A stretch of DNA of 63,891 bases, filler included, from Reticulomyxa filosa (GCA_000512085.1; 23 parts of 23 records of this genome joined end to end with filler, not necessarily neighbours in it), one strand, 5' to 3'; shown: positions 1-15,369, numbered from the whole stretch's first letter. The notes: a model not told the origin generated them from the letters alone. Numbers and translations: made by a program.

Positions 1-59
1 GGGATACATTTATATATGTACATATACCTACATATATATATATATATATAATAATAGAA

Positions 60-1419
60 CTTAGTGGCGTCAAAGTGCGATGATAACATCTTACGTGATC
101 CGCGATGGCCGGTGCGAGTGGGATAGGCCCGAGGGGGCTCATCGGCATTGGTAGTGTCGCCAATGCGATCTGTCATGGACTTTGTCAAGAGTGGAGAAGT
201 CGAGCCTCCACGGATGCTAAAGGTGCGCATCGTCAAGGATCCGATGGCAGGGAACTCGGAGTAGCGCTTGAAGTGACCGGAGCCAGGAGACACGCTGTTA
301 TTGTGCTGTGCGCTTTGCTGAATGCCCAAATGGTTCCAATCTTGCTTTTTGGAAGATGTCCGATCCTTTAAATTGCTTGCATCCGTCCAATTGGGATTGT
401 TGGAGCGAGGATCCGCATTAGATATACTAATTCGAAACGAAGGGTACGTGTTGCAAGTATTCACTGCTTTGTCCGTGCCAGTCGTTTCATGGTCGTCACC
501 GATGGGCATTGCCGTGTAAGTTTGGACGTGGTTATGAGCAGTGCTGGAATTTTTGTCCAAGTCTATGAAATGTTGTTTAATTGTATAATATTGCAGAGAA
601 AGTGTCGATATGAACAAACAAAAATCTTTTTTTTTTTTTTTGTTTGTTTATACATACATATAAGTATATGTGTACATATAAAGTATATGTACACATATAC
701 ATATACATATATATATATATGTATATGTGTACATAATGTACCTCTTGTTTTTATTGCTTCCTGTTCATCATCATCACTTTCTCCACTCACGTCAAATTCG
801 AGCACGGACGGCACTCGCATCTCCATGATGTCAATCATTGCAGTCTCGCTCTTGGTCAGGTCGCGGCTCTTGTCATCACCGATCGAATTTTCTGTGTCGT
901 CGTTATGAGCGTTGGCGTTTTGATTGTAATTCGACGTCATCACTTCGCCTATTTATGTCAAAGCACACACATACACATACACACACGTACAACTTCATTT
1001 ATCAACAATACATACATGCAACAAATACACATACGTATAACACGCTTATAACTGCAAAAAGAAAAGATAAAACGATTGGTATCACTGATGTCAGTATTCC
1101 AAATAATCTTATCGAAGCGACTCTGAAACACCTTTTCCAAAGCACCTGCAATGTTGGGCAAAATGTGACTGGGCACGCCCATTTTCTCGTGCTTCGAGCC
1201 CAGTTCGGCCAGATACGCGAACAGCTGCTGGTGTCGATTTTCGTAAAGGAAGTGCAAGATCCGGTCCATGTAGTCGATGATCTTCACGGAGAATTGTTCC
1301 ATTCTGCCGACTTTGTACATGCGATCGCTTTCGCTCGAGTCCAGCCCCGCCATCAAATCGGAATAGCATCGCATCGACAGTTCTTCCCGTTCGTGGCTCG
1401 ACAAGATTTTCACATGTGT
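60..1419 (-). CDS. Globin-domain protein with a long low-complexity C-terminal region (partial, at least 3 exons: ~1419-1030, ~948-742, ~562-60)
   Basis: EQFSVKIIDYMDRIL..LAELGSKHEKMGVPSHILPNIAGALEKVFQSRF..W fits globin E/F/G helices with the proximal His in KHE. Downstream exons are open and bounded by GT-AG, (TA)-rich introns. Confidence 0.6.
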
Positions 1420-1566
1420 CTTAATGTATTATGTTATTTAATTTATCTATTTATTTGTCCATTCATTCATTTTTTTTTTTTGAAATGAGAAAAAAAAAAA
1501 TTGTAGTTTGATTTCATTAAAAAAAAAAAAAAAACAAACAAACAAACAAACATACATTACATAAAA

Positions 1567-1663
1567 ATATACATATAAATATATGTATACACATATATAT
1601 ATGTATACACATATATATATGTATACACATATATATATGTATATACATATATATAATATATAC

Positions 1664-1729
<66 letters not shown>
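1567..1729. repeat. Intronic TA/CA/TG alternating microsatellite
   Basis: atatgtatacacatatat units and (TA)n run up to the contig edge. Confidence 0.9.
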
Positions 1730-3951
1730 NNNNNNNNNNNNNNNNNNNNNNNNNNNNNNNNNNNNNNNNNNNNTTAATTAATTAANNNNNNNNNNNNNNN
1801 NNNNNNNNNNNNNNNNNNNNNNNNNNNNNTGTTTTAATCATAAAGCAAAATGAGAAAAACAATATGAAGAAAAGCGTAAAAAAACAACTTAAACGAAACT
1901 TTCATTACTAAGCTAAAGTATCTTCTTTTTTTCTTGAGATGATTTTGATGATGCAAAGATGATGAAAAAGATGCTTTTCAACTTTTTTTTTCTAAGTTCA
2001 CGAAGGGTCAATAAAAAAATTCTTTTACTTAACAAAATAAACTTTGTGTGAGGAATAAGTGTTTTATTTTGTACATCCATTATTTGTATATACATAACAG
2101 TGTATTTTTTTCTATAGAAAAGAGTTCTTTTTTTTGTCATTGCAAATAATTGACAAACTTCTAAACTATACAAAGAGAATATGAATATAGTTGATGAAGG
2201 ACTGAAATAATTTCTAATTTCTTATTATTTTTGCCTCTTTGCTAGCAAACAAGGTTTTGCTTCTCCTTAAAAAAACTTTTCTTGGAGTCAACAAGAATTT
2301 TTTTTGTGAAATAGGTAATTTGAATTATTATTTTTAAAACTCATTTCAAACAATCTTTATAAATAGTTTAAAAAATTAAATTCAATTATTCAGTCTGTAA
2401 AGTCTTTCCAATATGCTTTTTTTTCTAAAAGAAAATTCTACATGACTGTTTTTTATATATTAACTTCATTTAGATAAAATGATAAATATGACATAATTTC
2501 ATTTTTACAAATAAATAGATTCTCAAATCTTTTACATGAATTGTGCAAAGATCAATTTGTATAATTTTAATAGATTTAAACATTTTCAATTTTTTTTAAA
2601 AAACTGTGCTTGATTGAAAAGAAGATTTTCATTTTTTATTTTCGGAAATATTCATTGTTTTTTTGTATATCTCATCTGTTTATTTTTGATACGTATTTGA
2701 GTGTTCAACCATATTGTTTTGAATAAAATAATCAATGGATTACCTTTTATTATGCGTTGATTTAGTCAACCCTTTTTTTTTTCTTTCAAGTTTTTGAAAT
2801 CAAAAACAGAAGTCCAATTTAGAAATTGTTTGCAAGTGGATCTACTCCAATTTTAAAAAAATTGACTCTTTTGAGTACAAATAATTTATTTAAAAATAAC
2901 AAAAAACTTAATTATTAAATATTTCAAATTAATTGATGAAGAAATTACATAACACTTGATAATTTATGCAGTTTTTGAAATGTTGCCATTTTCATTGAAT
3001 CTTTTCAAAGAATACAATGACAAATATAGAAAAAGTTTGAAAGTAATTCAATCAATAAATGTGATTTGAAATTTTACTCAAATCAATATTGGATAAGAGT
3101 ATTGGTAACTTTCATCAACAAAGCATATATCAACGCAATAGCTACAACAAAATCCATTTAACACAACACATTCAATTCTTTTTATTTCAAAAAAAATATT
3201 TTTCAATACATTTTTATCTATTGAAATATTTCATAGCTCGAAAGCGGTTTTTTACATAATATCAACTTTGCTTTTGTCGTGAATCAAATAAAGGACAAAT
3301 CAGTTGGCTAATGAAAAAAGTAATTTGTTTTGAAAATATATTGAAAATGGTCAAGATATAAAGAAATATTTGTAAATATCTTTACTCTTTTTTCACTTGC
3401 TTTGTTTCCACGTATGAATTGCGTACAACATTACATGAACTGTTTTTGTTTATAATAATTCCAGTTTCTTGATTATTACAACTGATCTTAGACAGAGAGC
3501 ATTGAATAAGAGATTCTCATTCCTTGTGCTATCAAATTAAATTTTGTGAATAATTGAAATAAAAATACTTTCATTTTGATTCTATTCATTCAATGACTAT
3601 TAGTTGATCTAAATAAAAAAGGAAAACATCATTTAATTTGTTAAAAATATATACTCCAAATAGAACATTCAAAAAGCAAATAATTCAATACATTTCTTTC
3701 TTTCAACAAATTACTCAGATGTAATCATTAAAAGTTCTTTGCTTTTTACTTTTTTTTTTTAGCTTGTTTCTACTATCGATTGCATTATTCACGTGGACTC
3801 TTTTCTAATTCTCCCTTGCAAATACAAATAGAACAAATAGTAATTATCATTGGTTTTTGTAAGTTTGGATTTATTTTTGAACAGGAAATCTTCAAATAGA
3901 AGATTCTTCTGCTTAGCATAAAAAAAAGGAATTAAATTCTTCATTTAATTA

Positions 3952-4260
3952 AGACATTTTGAACAAGATCAAACGAAACGGAAAAATGCCTGGAGTGATT
4001 TCAAAGGGAAATTAAAAGATTTAAATGCTCATTTAATCAATGAGTGTCCTTTGAATTCCATTCATTGTTGATTCAAATCATTCAATCACGATTTCGAAGG
4101 TCATCTAATTGTAAATATGAAATTATATTTTGGTTTAGTCACTCAATTATTCCAATTTATAAAACAAAAAATCCAATTGAAAAATAATTGAATCAAACAA
4201 ACAGAAAGAGGTTCTCAACAAGAATTACTCAAGTATCGTGCAGATATTGATTAAAAAAGA
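3952..4260 (+). pseudogene. Decayed TRAF-type zinc-finger/coiled-coil gene fragment
   Basis: RHFEQD..SDFKGKLKDLNAHLINECPLNSIHC*FKSF..HLIVNMKLYFGLV follows the TRAF-finger pattern (HL..EC......CxF..F). TGA at 4069-4071 sits where Trp is expected, and some Cys are lost. Confidence 0.55.
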
Positions 4261-6877
4261 TTTCATTGATCTTATATAATCACAAAAAAATTGTTAAATC
4301 ATCGGAATAGAAGAATGCCAAATTAACTCAAGATTTTGGACAATTCATTCAAAAATTAAATAATTAACTTCTACTTTGTCATCATTCATCATCCAAATTA
4401 CTTAATAAATTCACTGGATATATCAATGTTGTCAATTGTTGATAATATTTGTTTTGAATGAATTTATTTTATTTCCATTTTTTAATTTATTCATTTCAAT
4501 ATTATTTTATGAAAATTTATTACATGATCAAATGACTGTATTTTTATTTGATGATAAAACAGTGTAAAATTAGGTAAGGGATTAGCAAAGACTTTTGATT
4601 TTCTAAACCATCTGATGATAACTGCATTCCATAGATCCCTCTAACATTGTCCTTCACATAATTACATTCATTATTTTTATCATTTTTGCAGGAGAGAATC
4701 TCTTTCTTTAGATATAAATAAAATCAATTGTTATCTTTTTTCATGAGTTTGCAAAAAATAAATATCTTCAAAATTATTAACGAATAAAAAACAATTGCAA
4801 TAATCAAGAGAAGAGAAATTAAATATAAAGATTGCTGTTATATTTATTGTATAAGCTTTCTATTTGAATATTTCAGCAATTTTTTAAGATATCAAATAAG
4901 AGATTCTTTGAATTGTATATCTCCATTTGTTTTTTTAAAGAATAAAATTATTGCATGGAATATGTTACAACAAGGAGTATCAATATTAATTTGGATACCT
5001 TCAAAAAGTACCATTCATGAAGAAAAAGGATAAAAAATAATCAACAAAACTGCAATTGATTTCCCTGGCTTAATCCAAAATATTTAACCCTTTGATGTTG
5101 TCGTTTGCACATGAGACACTCTTGAATATGCGTTTCTAGGAAAACTAATAATTTCTTCTTTTCCTTTTTCAATTCTTAAATGATGGGCAAGAAAAGTACT
5201 CAAAGGTTATACATTTACTTTTAATCCTTTTTTTATAATTGAACTTTGAACTGAAGATTCCTGAAGTCTTCCCTTTTTGTAGGGAACAACCAAGTAAAAA
5301 AACAAAACTATTTGAGCAAGGACAAATATGTTACATTCTTTTTTTGTGTGAAAGTTACAAATAAAGTTTTATGTTTAACAATAAATGTTTTATCTCTTCT
5401 TGTATGATTTCAGTAATTAGAATATACTGTCTATCATTTTTAATTTTAAAAGTAAAAACAACTTTATAAAATATTTTTTTTTTCAAATGATGTGATTTNN
5501 NNNNNNNNNNNNNNNNNNNNNNNNNNNNNNNNNNNNNNNNNNTTAATTAATTAANNNNNNNNNNNNNNNNNNNNNNNNNNNNNNNNNNNNNNNNNNNNTT
5601 TTTTTTAGACAAGTTTTAGTAGCTCTTCTGTCAAAATTGGTTGTTAAGTGTCAAACGCACAAGCATCCACCACAAAATCATCCAAATCAGTCAACACAAG
5701 TTAATTATAATTTACTATTTCTACGTGCCGTTAAAAAAAGAAAAAACTATAAATTATTTTCTCGCTTACGGCGTTTCGCATATATCCATGTTACTTTGCA
5801 TTTATAAAAACAAACAAAATGAATATTGTGCGGTCGACAATGTACATTATTGTATTCCCTTAATACGTACTGATTGTCACAGTTATTCTGATCACAACAT
5901 TGGCAATGAATGTATTGCTAAGGTCTATATATCGAAAACTATTCAAATGTCGGCACATTACTGAATTATCCTTGTAACCTTTGCTGCACCATCTACTGGC
6001 AAAACCAACTTCAAGAGCATTACCAAAACTTTCAGTACAAGCATGCAGACAAATGTTGGCTTTTCTTATTTAAAATCAAGTATCGACCTGATTTTTTGGC
6101 GAAAATGCAGTGTAAAATCGACAATTGTTACAAATGCAACAAATATCAATGTGGTCCCAATATGATGTAACATAGCAATGTAATATAAAGCAATAATCCA
6201 ACAGCAATATGTAATTGATCAAGTCACTAAATTGTCACAATAAGTTAGTGTTATTTAGTTTGACTAACAAATAGTATTTATAACAATATATGTTATCTGA
6301 TGCTCAGATAACAGAACAGCTGATGTACTATAATTGTTGCGAAAAACAGTGTTATCACTAATTAAAGTTTGTCTCATCTGACGACAAAAGATTTAAAAGT
6401 TCGTAGTATGATCAATTAATTTTTGAAAAATAAGGTCTTTGCAAACTAAGCAAAGATTTAATTTAATAATCCAGTAAAGAATTATTGTAGTGAAGTAATG
6501 TTTGTGTAAATAATTACGATTTTCTACAGTCGAAAAGCTAAAACAGTTGACTTCCAAAATTGTTGTTTCACATTTGGGTTTAAACATTTCGAATTGACNN
6601 NNNNNNNNNNNNNNNNNNNNNNNNNNNNNNNNNNNNNNNNNNTTAATTAATTAANNNNNNNNNNNNNNNNNNNNNNNNNNNNNNNNNNNNNNNNNNNNTT
6701 GGAACTAATTGTACTTCAGGTAGCTAGTATTGTATTACTTTAAATCTCATCTACATATCTAATCTACATATCTCAACATCTTTTCTTATACTTTGAAATA
6801 GTTTTTTGAACTTGTAACTTGTAAATTAAGTATTATTATAGTTTATGTTTTATATTACAAATAGTGTATTGTTAGTC

Positions 6878-7920
6878 ATGTCAAGTGTCGATCATACGGT
6901 GAAAGAGTCAACATTGAGCTTTTGCTTTACTTGTAAAAAGGTTGTCGGTACATTGACACGTTGTCCTAATGCCTCTTGTGGCGTACTTGAATACATTCGG
7001 TGTATTTCTTACAGACATTATAATTATGTATCTCACGCTGGCATTCAAGAATTATTGAAATCTACTCTACGTGAAGTGGGCAAAGGCGAGATCAATGCAT
7101 TTTTTAGTTTATGCAAATGTGGTGAACATTATATTTGCAATTGCAATTGTAGATATTGCAAGGATATTCGTTGCAAATTTAGTATTCCAACAATCCGGTC
7201 ACAAAATAAAAAAATCTACTCTAGAGAGAAACTGTCTTTGTATCCTGAACTTGAAAAAGCTGTAAAATCTATTCAAAACATTGTTAATGAATATGCTAAT
7301 AAGTATTATAATGGTAACAATAAATTCTTTGAAAATATCATTAATCTTTGTGATCAACAATCACCTGGAGTTGATGATAATTCGCAACAATTGTTATAAC
7401 CTCAATTGAATTCACAGTGAAAAGAATTTCAAGAAGAAATTAAAAAATTAAAAAGGACTTTGGAAGAAGAACGAAAAGGATATGAAACAAAAATTGAAAA
7501 TATGAAAAATGATTATGATAAAAAGCTGGAAATTTGTTATCAAAATATATTAGAAGTTAGTAAAAAAAAAGTACAATTGGAAACAACATTAAAACATGTT
7601 CAAATAGAACAAGAACTAGCACTTGAAAAGAGATATCTTGAAATAAAAGTTCAAGAACTTCAAACAAAAGTTCAAAACAAAGAAATGATTTTAACTTTAG
7701 ATTCCTTAAAAAAACAGCACAAAAAAGGAACAGATAACAAATGGAAGATGGAGTCGATGAAACGTGATAGACAATGTCCAAGCTTAGCTTAGATGAACCA
7801 GTGTCAAAGCGAGCAAAAAAAGAAATTGAAATTATAGAGCTAAGTGATTCTGAAGAAGAAGTCTTTATTAAACGAGAAGACGAAGAACTTCATCAACCAA
7901 ACAATGAAGAAAAAAAATAA
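6878..7920 (+). pseudogene. Cys-rich (putative Zn-binding) plus coiled-coil protein with a C-terminal NLS/SIM-like tail; two in-frame stops and a frameshift
   Basis: ORFs 6845-7399 and 7460-7792 share one frame, broken by TAA (7397-7399) and TGA (7418-7420). Motifs CFTCKK..CPNASC and CKCGEHYICNCNCRYC. A shifted frame at 7798-7920 reads PVSKRAKKEIEIIELSDSEEEVFIKRE..KK*. Confidence 0.55.
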
Positions 7921-8118
7921 TCCAAATTCTATTTTTTTGGTCAATTGCAAAACACTTTGATTTTTTTTTTATTTTTTTCAATTGCAATAATTGGGGGTGG
8001 ATGTTTTTACTGTTCATGNNNNNNNNNNNNNNNNNNNNNNNNNNNNNNNNNNNNNNNNNNNNTTAATTAATTAANNNNNNNNNNNNNNNNNNNNNNNNNN
8101 NNNNNNNNNNNNNNNNNN

Positions 8119-9582
8119 AATCCATCCATAATAAATATGAATGATATTTTTTCACGAATTACTTCCATAATTTCTTTATTAATATGCTTACCTTTTAATT
8201 TTTGTAAAATAATATCTTTTTCATTATTTTGATTATAAACTTTTGGAAATGAAATATAAATAGGAATTAGTTGTTTTGAATCATTATTATAATTATTCCA
8301 TAATTATTCTTCTAAATGACGACAAAAAAGGCTTTTTCCTGATCCTGATTTTCCTTGAATTATCATTACTTTATTATTATTATTATATGACTGTTGTTCT
8401 TCTTTTTTTTCTTCTTTTTCTTCCAAAAATGTAAGTACATGTTGATGACAATCATATGTTTTTTCATTATCTTGATATCTTCATATGCATAATTATATCC
8501 CTCTAATGGAATATATGTTTCAAGTGATTGTGATATTGTAATATCATCTTCCATTTCTTGTTCTCTTGACTCCTTTAATAATGACGCGAAATCATCACAA
8601 CTGGCCGGATTCTTACCTCCAATTACATTTTGTTTAAAATATTCATATAATATCACATAAATAGCCTGGACACATATAACGTGTTTGAATTGGAGTAATT
8701 GAAATATTTCCAAATCCTTGATTCACCCATACTAAACGATCACCTTTCGATGCAATGCATCCTCTTTATTTGTGCAATAACTTTGCAAGTTTATTCCTGG
8801 TCCAAATCCTTTGTTTTTGGCACTTTTCAATTTTCCTTCATTTTCTTTTCCATCTTCCTTTACTTCAACTTCAGTGTCTTTATTCTTTATTATATATATT
8901 TTTTAATAATAAAAATAGAATGTTGCAGAAATTTAAAAATAAAATTTACAAACTTGGGTTTCGGTTTGATGTATTTTCGATTGGTTATTCAAGTTATCAA
9001 TCACTCCAAAAGTGTCTAATACTTCTTTTCTTTCGATTTTATTGATTTTTATGCCTTCTTTTACCTTTTTTTTTTTACAATACAATACAATATAATTAGA
9101 ACATGATTTTGTGAACAAGAAACCTTTTCCAATTCATTTTGCTCTTTTATCTCTTCTTTCGCTTCGTTATTTTCCTTGTTTTTTTTTTTATTATGTGTGT
9201 TAAATCCATCCCATTAATTTTTTTTTATTACTAACAATATTGCCATTGAATTCTACCAATTTACTATGCAATTCACGTTCATTTGTAATATCACTGGAAA
9301 AAACCTTCAATAATTCAATTTCTTTTGCGTACTGGTGTTGATATTACTTTGCTGGCTATCATTACTTTCATTATTTGTCTTGTTTATTTGCATGCCTCCA
9401 CGAGCATTCATCCTACCTACAAATACAAATCCATTTATCCTTTTGTTCGTTCACACGACATTGATGTCATTATGCAGTCCCTCATTCATATTCGTCGTGT
9501 TCCAATTGTTTTTCAATAATGTCATTGTATTGGCATTACCTTCAAAGAATACTGGCAACTTGTAATAAATAACTCCACCCAC
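8119..9582 (-). pseudogene. NACHT/STAND NTPase pseudogene fragment
   Basis: Walker A IQGKSGSGKS (8354-8331), IPIYISFP strand, and Walker B FIFIMDG at the contig edge. In-frame TAA at 8306-8304. Upstream YIPL pre-NACHT motif lies in ORF 8366-8713. Confidence 0.8.
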
Positions 9583-10049
9583 NNNNNNNNNNNNNNNNNN
9601 NNNNNNNNNNNNNNNNNNNNNNNNNNTTAATTAATTAANNNNNNNNNNNNNNNNNNNNNNNNNNNNNNNNNNNNNNNNNNNNAAAAAAAAAAAAACAAAT
9701 AGAATAAACAATAACAACATCAAAAAAACCCTCACGAAGTGAGACCCCAGTTATTGCACTTGACAAACAAAACTTTACATACAATATTTTGTCCTATAAG
9801 AGGACTGACAACAACAAAAAAAAAATCAAGTAAAGCAAGAAAATAAAAAAAATAAAAAAATATAAAAAAATATAAAAAGTCATTCCCCTCTAAAAGGTTT
9901 TTAGGTTGGTTAGATGAACAAATTAGGGAGTGAATGAAGTTATTTTTTTTAATTATATCCAAAAAAAAAAAAAGTGATACGTATGTGATAACTTTTCCTA
10001 TTTTTTTCCTTCCTCTCTCTCTCCTCTCTACACTTTTTTTTTTTACTCT

Positions 10050-12386
10050 TCAATTCTTCAAAGTGGCAGTAATGTTTTCCAATTGAAGCATCGATATCGC
10101 GATGGTGGCTTCAATTTGCTTGTTAAAGATAGCTGTGACGAGTTGATGCTGGCCATTGGGAGTGGCTTGTCCGGTGAGGACGAAAGTGGGCTTGAGGGCG
10201 CCCAGATATTTGGAAAGCATTTGAACCGTACATTGCAGTGGCATATGCACCTCCACTTCGCACGAGGTCGATGCAAAAGCTATTTTGGCTTCGCCACTGC
10301 TTTCAACGCGATTTTTTAGTTCCGGGTTGGCCGGAAGGAATCCACGATTGGACATGGTCTCGCTCAATTCAACTGTGATATAAGAAAAGCGACTATTCGA
10401 CGACCCCCCCCCATGTATTATTATATTATCCAACAAGTCGATATAACAATGACATACATATACATATATGTATACATACATATGTATATACATATATATA
10501 TATAACTCGGAGAGAGCAGCGCTATCAGTACAGTTATCAGCAACATCTTCCAGGACAGGAGTGATAGTGGACGTATGTTTCGCTTCTCCGTAATTTTGAG
10601 AATCATTAGTACCCATGCGGAATAACCCCGGTGGCTGACGTACAAAGGAATCACGAAAGCGCTGTGACCGATGGCGATTGCTGAAGCTATCGTTGAAGAA
10701 TAATCTCGGGTTGGCCACTAGACTTATTTTCGTCGATCTACGTTTCATCATGTCGCTGTCAATGCTTTCGTCAGGGATGACATCACTTACGTCCAAACTT
10801 TGAAGCGAGTTGGCCTCCTCCTTTCTTGTCTCTTGCCATTGGTCCGTCTTCGACTTCACTTCAGGGGGAGATGGCGAAGGTTGTGTCGAGGCGATTTGAA
10901 CACGTTGAGTTTTTTTTTTCTTCGTCTTTCGATCATTTTCCAACGAAATGGACGATGCAGAAGATTCGTTATCTTCATTGTCATTTGCATTGTCATGTTC
11001 GGGCTCATTCTCATTCGTATGTCCATGTTCGTGCTCATGCTCGACAGCCTTCCCGTCGTGTTCTTCATCCGCTGCCTCATTGCCATTTTCATCGTTATCA
11101 TGGGCATTACCGTAGTCGGAATGCGATTGCACAGACGAGTTCGAGTTGGACGCTGAACTTTGTCTCACCAAAGGGCGATCCAACCACTTGTGTGTGCCCA
11201 TGGTATCTTTTTTATTTCTTTTTTCTATCGATCCGTCTAATTGTCACCAAAAAAAAAAAAATACGTATATGTAATTTTTAATCCAAGGTTTTAAGGGAAA
11301 AAAAAAGGGGGGGGGGGGATCATCGACAAAGCACCACTACCTACGCACACATACAGACATATAGAATTAACGAGCAGCGGTTGGAGACAATGGATGTAAG
11401 CCAAAGTCGGTCGATGGCAACGACCCATCATCGGTTCCATTCCTCGTGTGATTGTCCAGCAACACTGAATGTGCAGATCCTGACTTTTCATTGATCGATT
11501 CTATTCCATCACATCCCAAACATTGAAACAAAACAAAAAAATACATATATACATATATGTGTACATATACATACATGTAGAATGTACTTTACAATAAATA
11601 ATATACACATACTTGGAATGGATCCATTGGAATGACTGGAATAATTGATATCCAGCCACGACCTGCTTCCGGCGGAATGAAAGGGACGCTGATGGTGACG
11701 TCCGGCTTCGCTAGCGCTGTCGCTCATAGCATCTTTGAGATGTGGCTGGTTATCAATCAAGTTTGATTGTCGTTTAGATCCACGACGGAAGTAAAAGGGT
11801 TCATTTCCGCTTATTTTCCCTTTCTTTATGTTGCTTCTCGCATTTTCGTGCTTTTTACTTGCACCTTTCTCTTCGGATTTGTGCTTCTTCTGGATTGCAG
11901 AATCGCTCGAATAAGCGATTGATTGGCCTATTTTAGAATCTTCGTTTCGTTTTCTATTTATTATTTTATTTATTATTATTGTTATTATTATTATTATCTT
12001 ATTGTCATTGTTGTATTTTGTTCAATCATTTTTTATTTTTTTTCTACTTTTTTGTTTTTTTATACGTATTTAGCAGTTTTGTTTTACTGTACATACTTAT
12101 GTAATTTATACATATGTATTTTTTTTTTTTTCTTTTTTGCCCTTCTTTTTTCCTTCCTCTGTTCGAGATAGTTGCTTAACATTGAGACAAAGTCTTGGAT
12201 TTGATAGCTCAAAAAAAGGAAGACAGCTTTGATGTCGCTGGCATTAAATTTTTTGATGAACTTGAAAACAGATACTAATACTCCATAGCCGGGCATGCAC
12301 TTGAAATAGCGCGAATTTTTCACTTTGCCGTCGTGTCCCTCGCTCACTGGTTCCAAGCACTCCAATCCTAAATAGTACTCTTCACT
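10050..12386 (-). CDS. CAP-Gly domain protein with a long disordered region (5'-partial, multi-exon)
   Basis: YLGLECLEPVSEGHDGKVKNSRYFKCMPGYGVLVS matches the CAP-Gly GKNDG/RYF-C..G consensus. Downstream exons at ~11950-11600, ~11520-11380 and ~11270-10050; TGA at 10052-10050. Confidence 0.75.
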
Positions 12387-12629
12387 NNNNNNNNNNNNNN
12401 NNNNNNNNNNNNNNNNNNNNNNNNNNNNNNTTAATTAATTAANNNNNNNNNNNNNNNNNNNNNNNNNNNNNNNNNNNNNNNNNNNNATTGAATCTTTCAC
12501 ACGATTATGCAATTGAGTCTTCGTTTCAAATCACAATTTTTCATTGATTGAACTTGTAAGTAGTAACATGCAACCACAACCAAGGCAATAAGCTGTTCCG
12601 AATGAATATTGATAATCAAAGATTATGAG

Positions 12630-13035
12630 AATTTTTTTTTAACTAAATTATAATGATTGTGAAAGTAGACAATATCCATATAATGCGAATAAATATAATG
12701 TCAAATATGTTCGTTTTAGTAACTCAATTGGAGCATGAGACTGCGCTGCTTGAGTCATATTAGCACTAAATAACTCGCAGACACTTAAGTGTGGATAAAC
12801 TTCGCAGCTCTTAGACGTGAGTTCAAGTCTCACCTAAAGCGAAACTAATAATATAATTTTTTTTTGTTTTTCATAATAAAAAAATAGTATTTAGATTATT
12901 TTAAAGATGTTCAAACAATTTGTAATCAAGATTCCAATTGAGTTACTAAAACGAACATATTTGACATTATATTTATTCGCATTATATGGATATTGTCTAC
13001 TTTCACAATCATTATAATTTAGTTAAAAAAAAATT
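12630..13035. repeat. Perfect 103-bp inverted repeat (12630-12732 and 12933-13035) with a 200-bp spacer; MITE-like or foldback element
   Basis: Checked base by base: aatttttttttaactaaattataatg...gtaactcaattgga is the exact reverse complement of tccaattgagttac...cattataatttagttaaaaaaaaatt. Confidence 0.95.
12748..12841 (+). pseudogene. Degenerate tRNA-like sequence (tRNA-Leu(UAA)-like) / Pol III B-box inside the inverted-repeat spacer
   Basis: Canonical T-arm GTGAG-TTCAAGT-CTCAC (12817-12833) preceded by C. Acceptor GCTTGAG/CTAAAGC pairs 6 of 7. CTTAAG anticodon-loop-like hexamer at 12784-12789. T-run about 18 nt downstream. D-arm is not recognisable. Confidence 0.4.
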
Positions 13036-13311
13036 TGACATTGCCATTTATGACCTTTGACTGGGGAACTTTTTTAAAAAATTCGTACTACGAACGTTTT
13101 GATACAAGTGCAAGGAGACTTTTTTAAAGAAGATAGGAATTATGTTTATTACAAGTATTTTATTATGTGATCAAATGCACAAAGATGTTAAATATTAGAA
13201 AAACGCAAACAACACTAAAAGCGATCACTTGAGTATTAAAACGAAAAGACAAGGTAAAACAAAAACAAAAAAAAAGCAAGGTCAAATAAATATGTCATGA
13301 GCACATCAACA

Positions 13312-15369
<2,058 letters not shown>

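Noticed and set aside
1447-1777. ORFs rich in YIYIYM/HIYMYT, and the many FFFF, KKKK, LLLL and CCCC ORFs in the track
   Set aside because: These are translations of intronic microsatellites and homopolymers, or antisense shadows of real genes.
5599-9582. A single viral or defence island formed by the P-loop relic, Cys-rich ORF and NACHT fragment
   Set aside because: They lie on three different contigs separated by artificial spacers, so adjacency carries no information.
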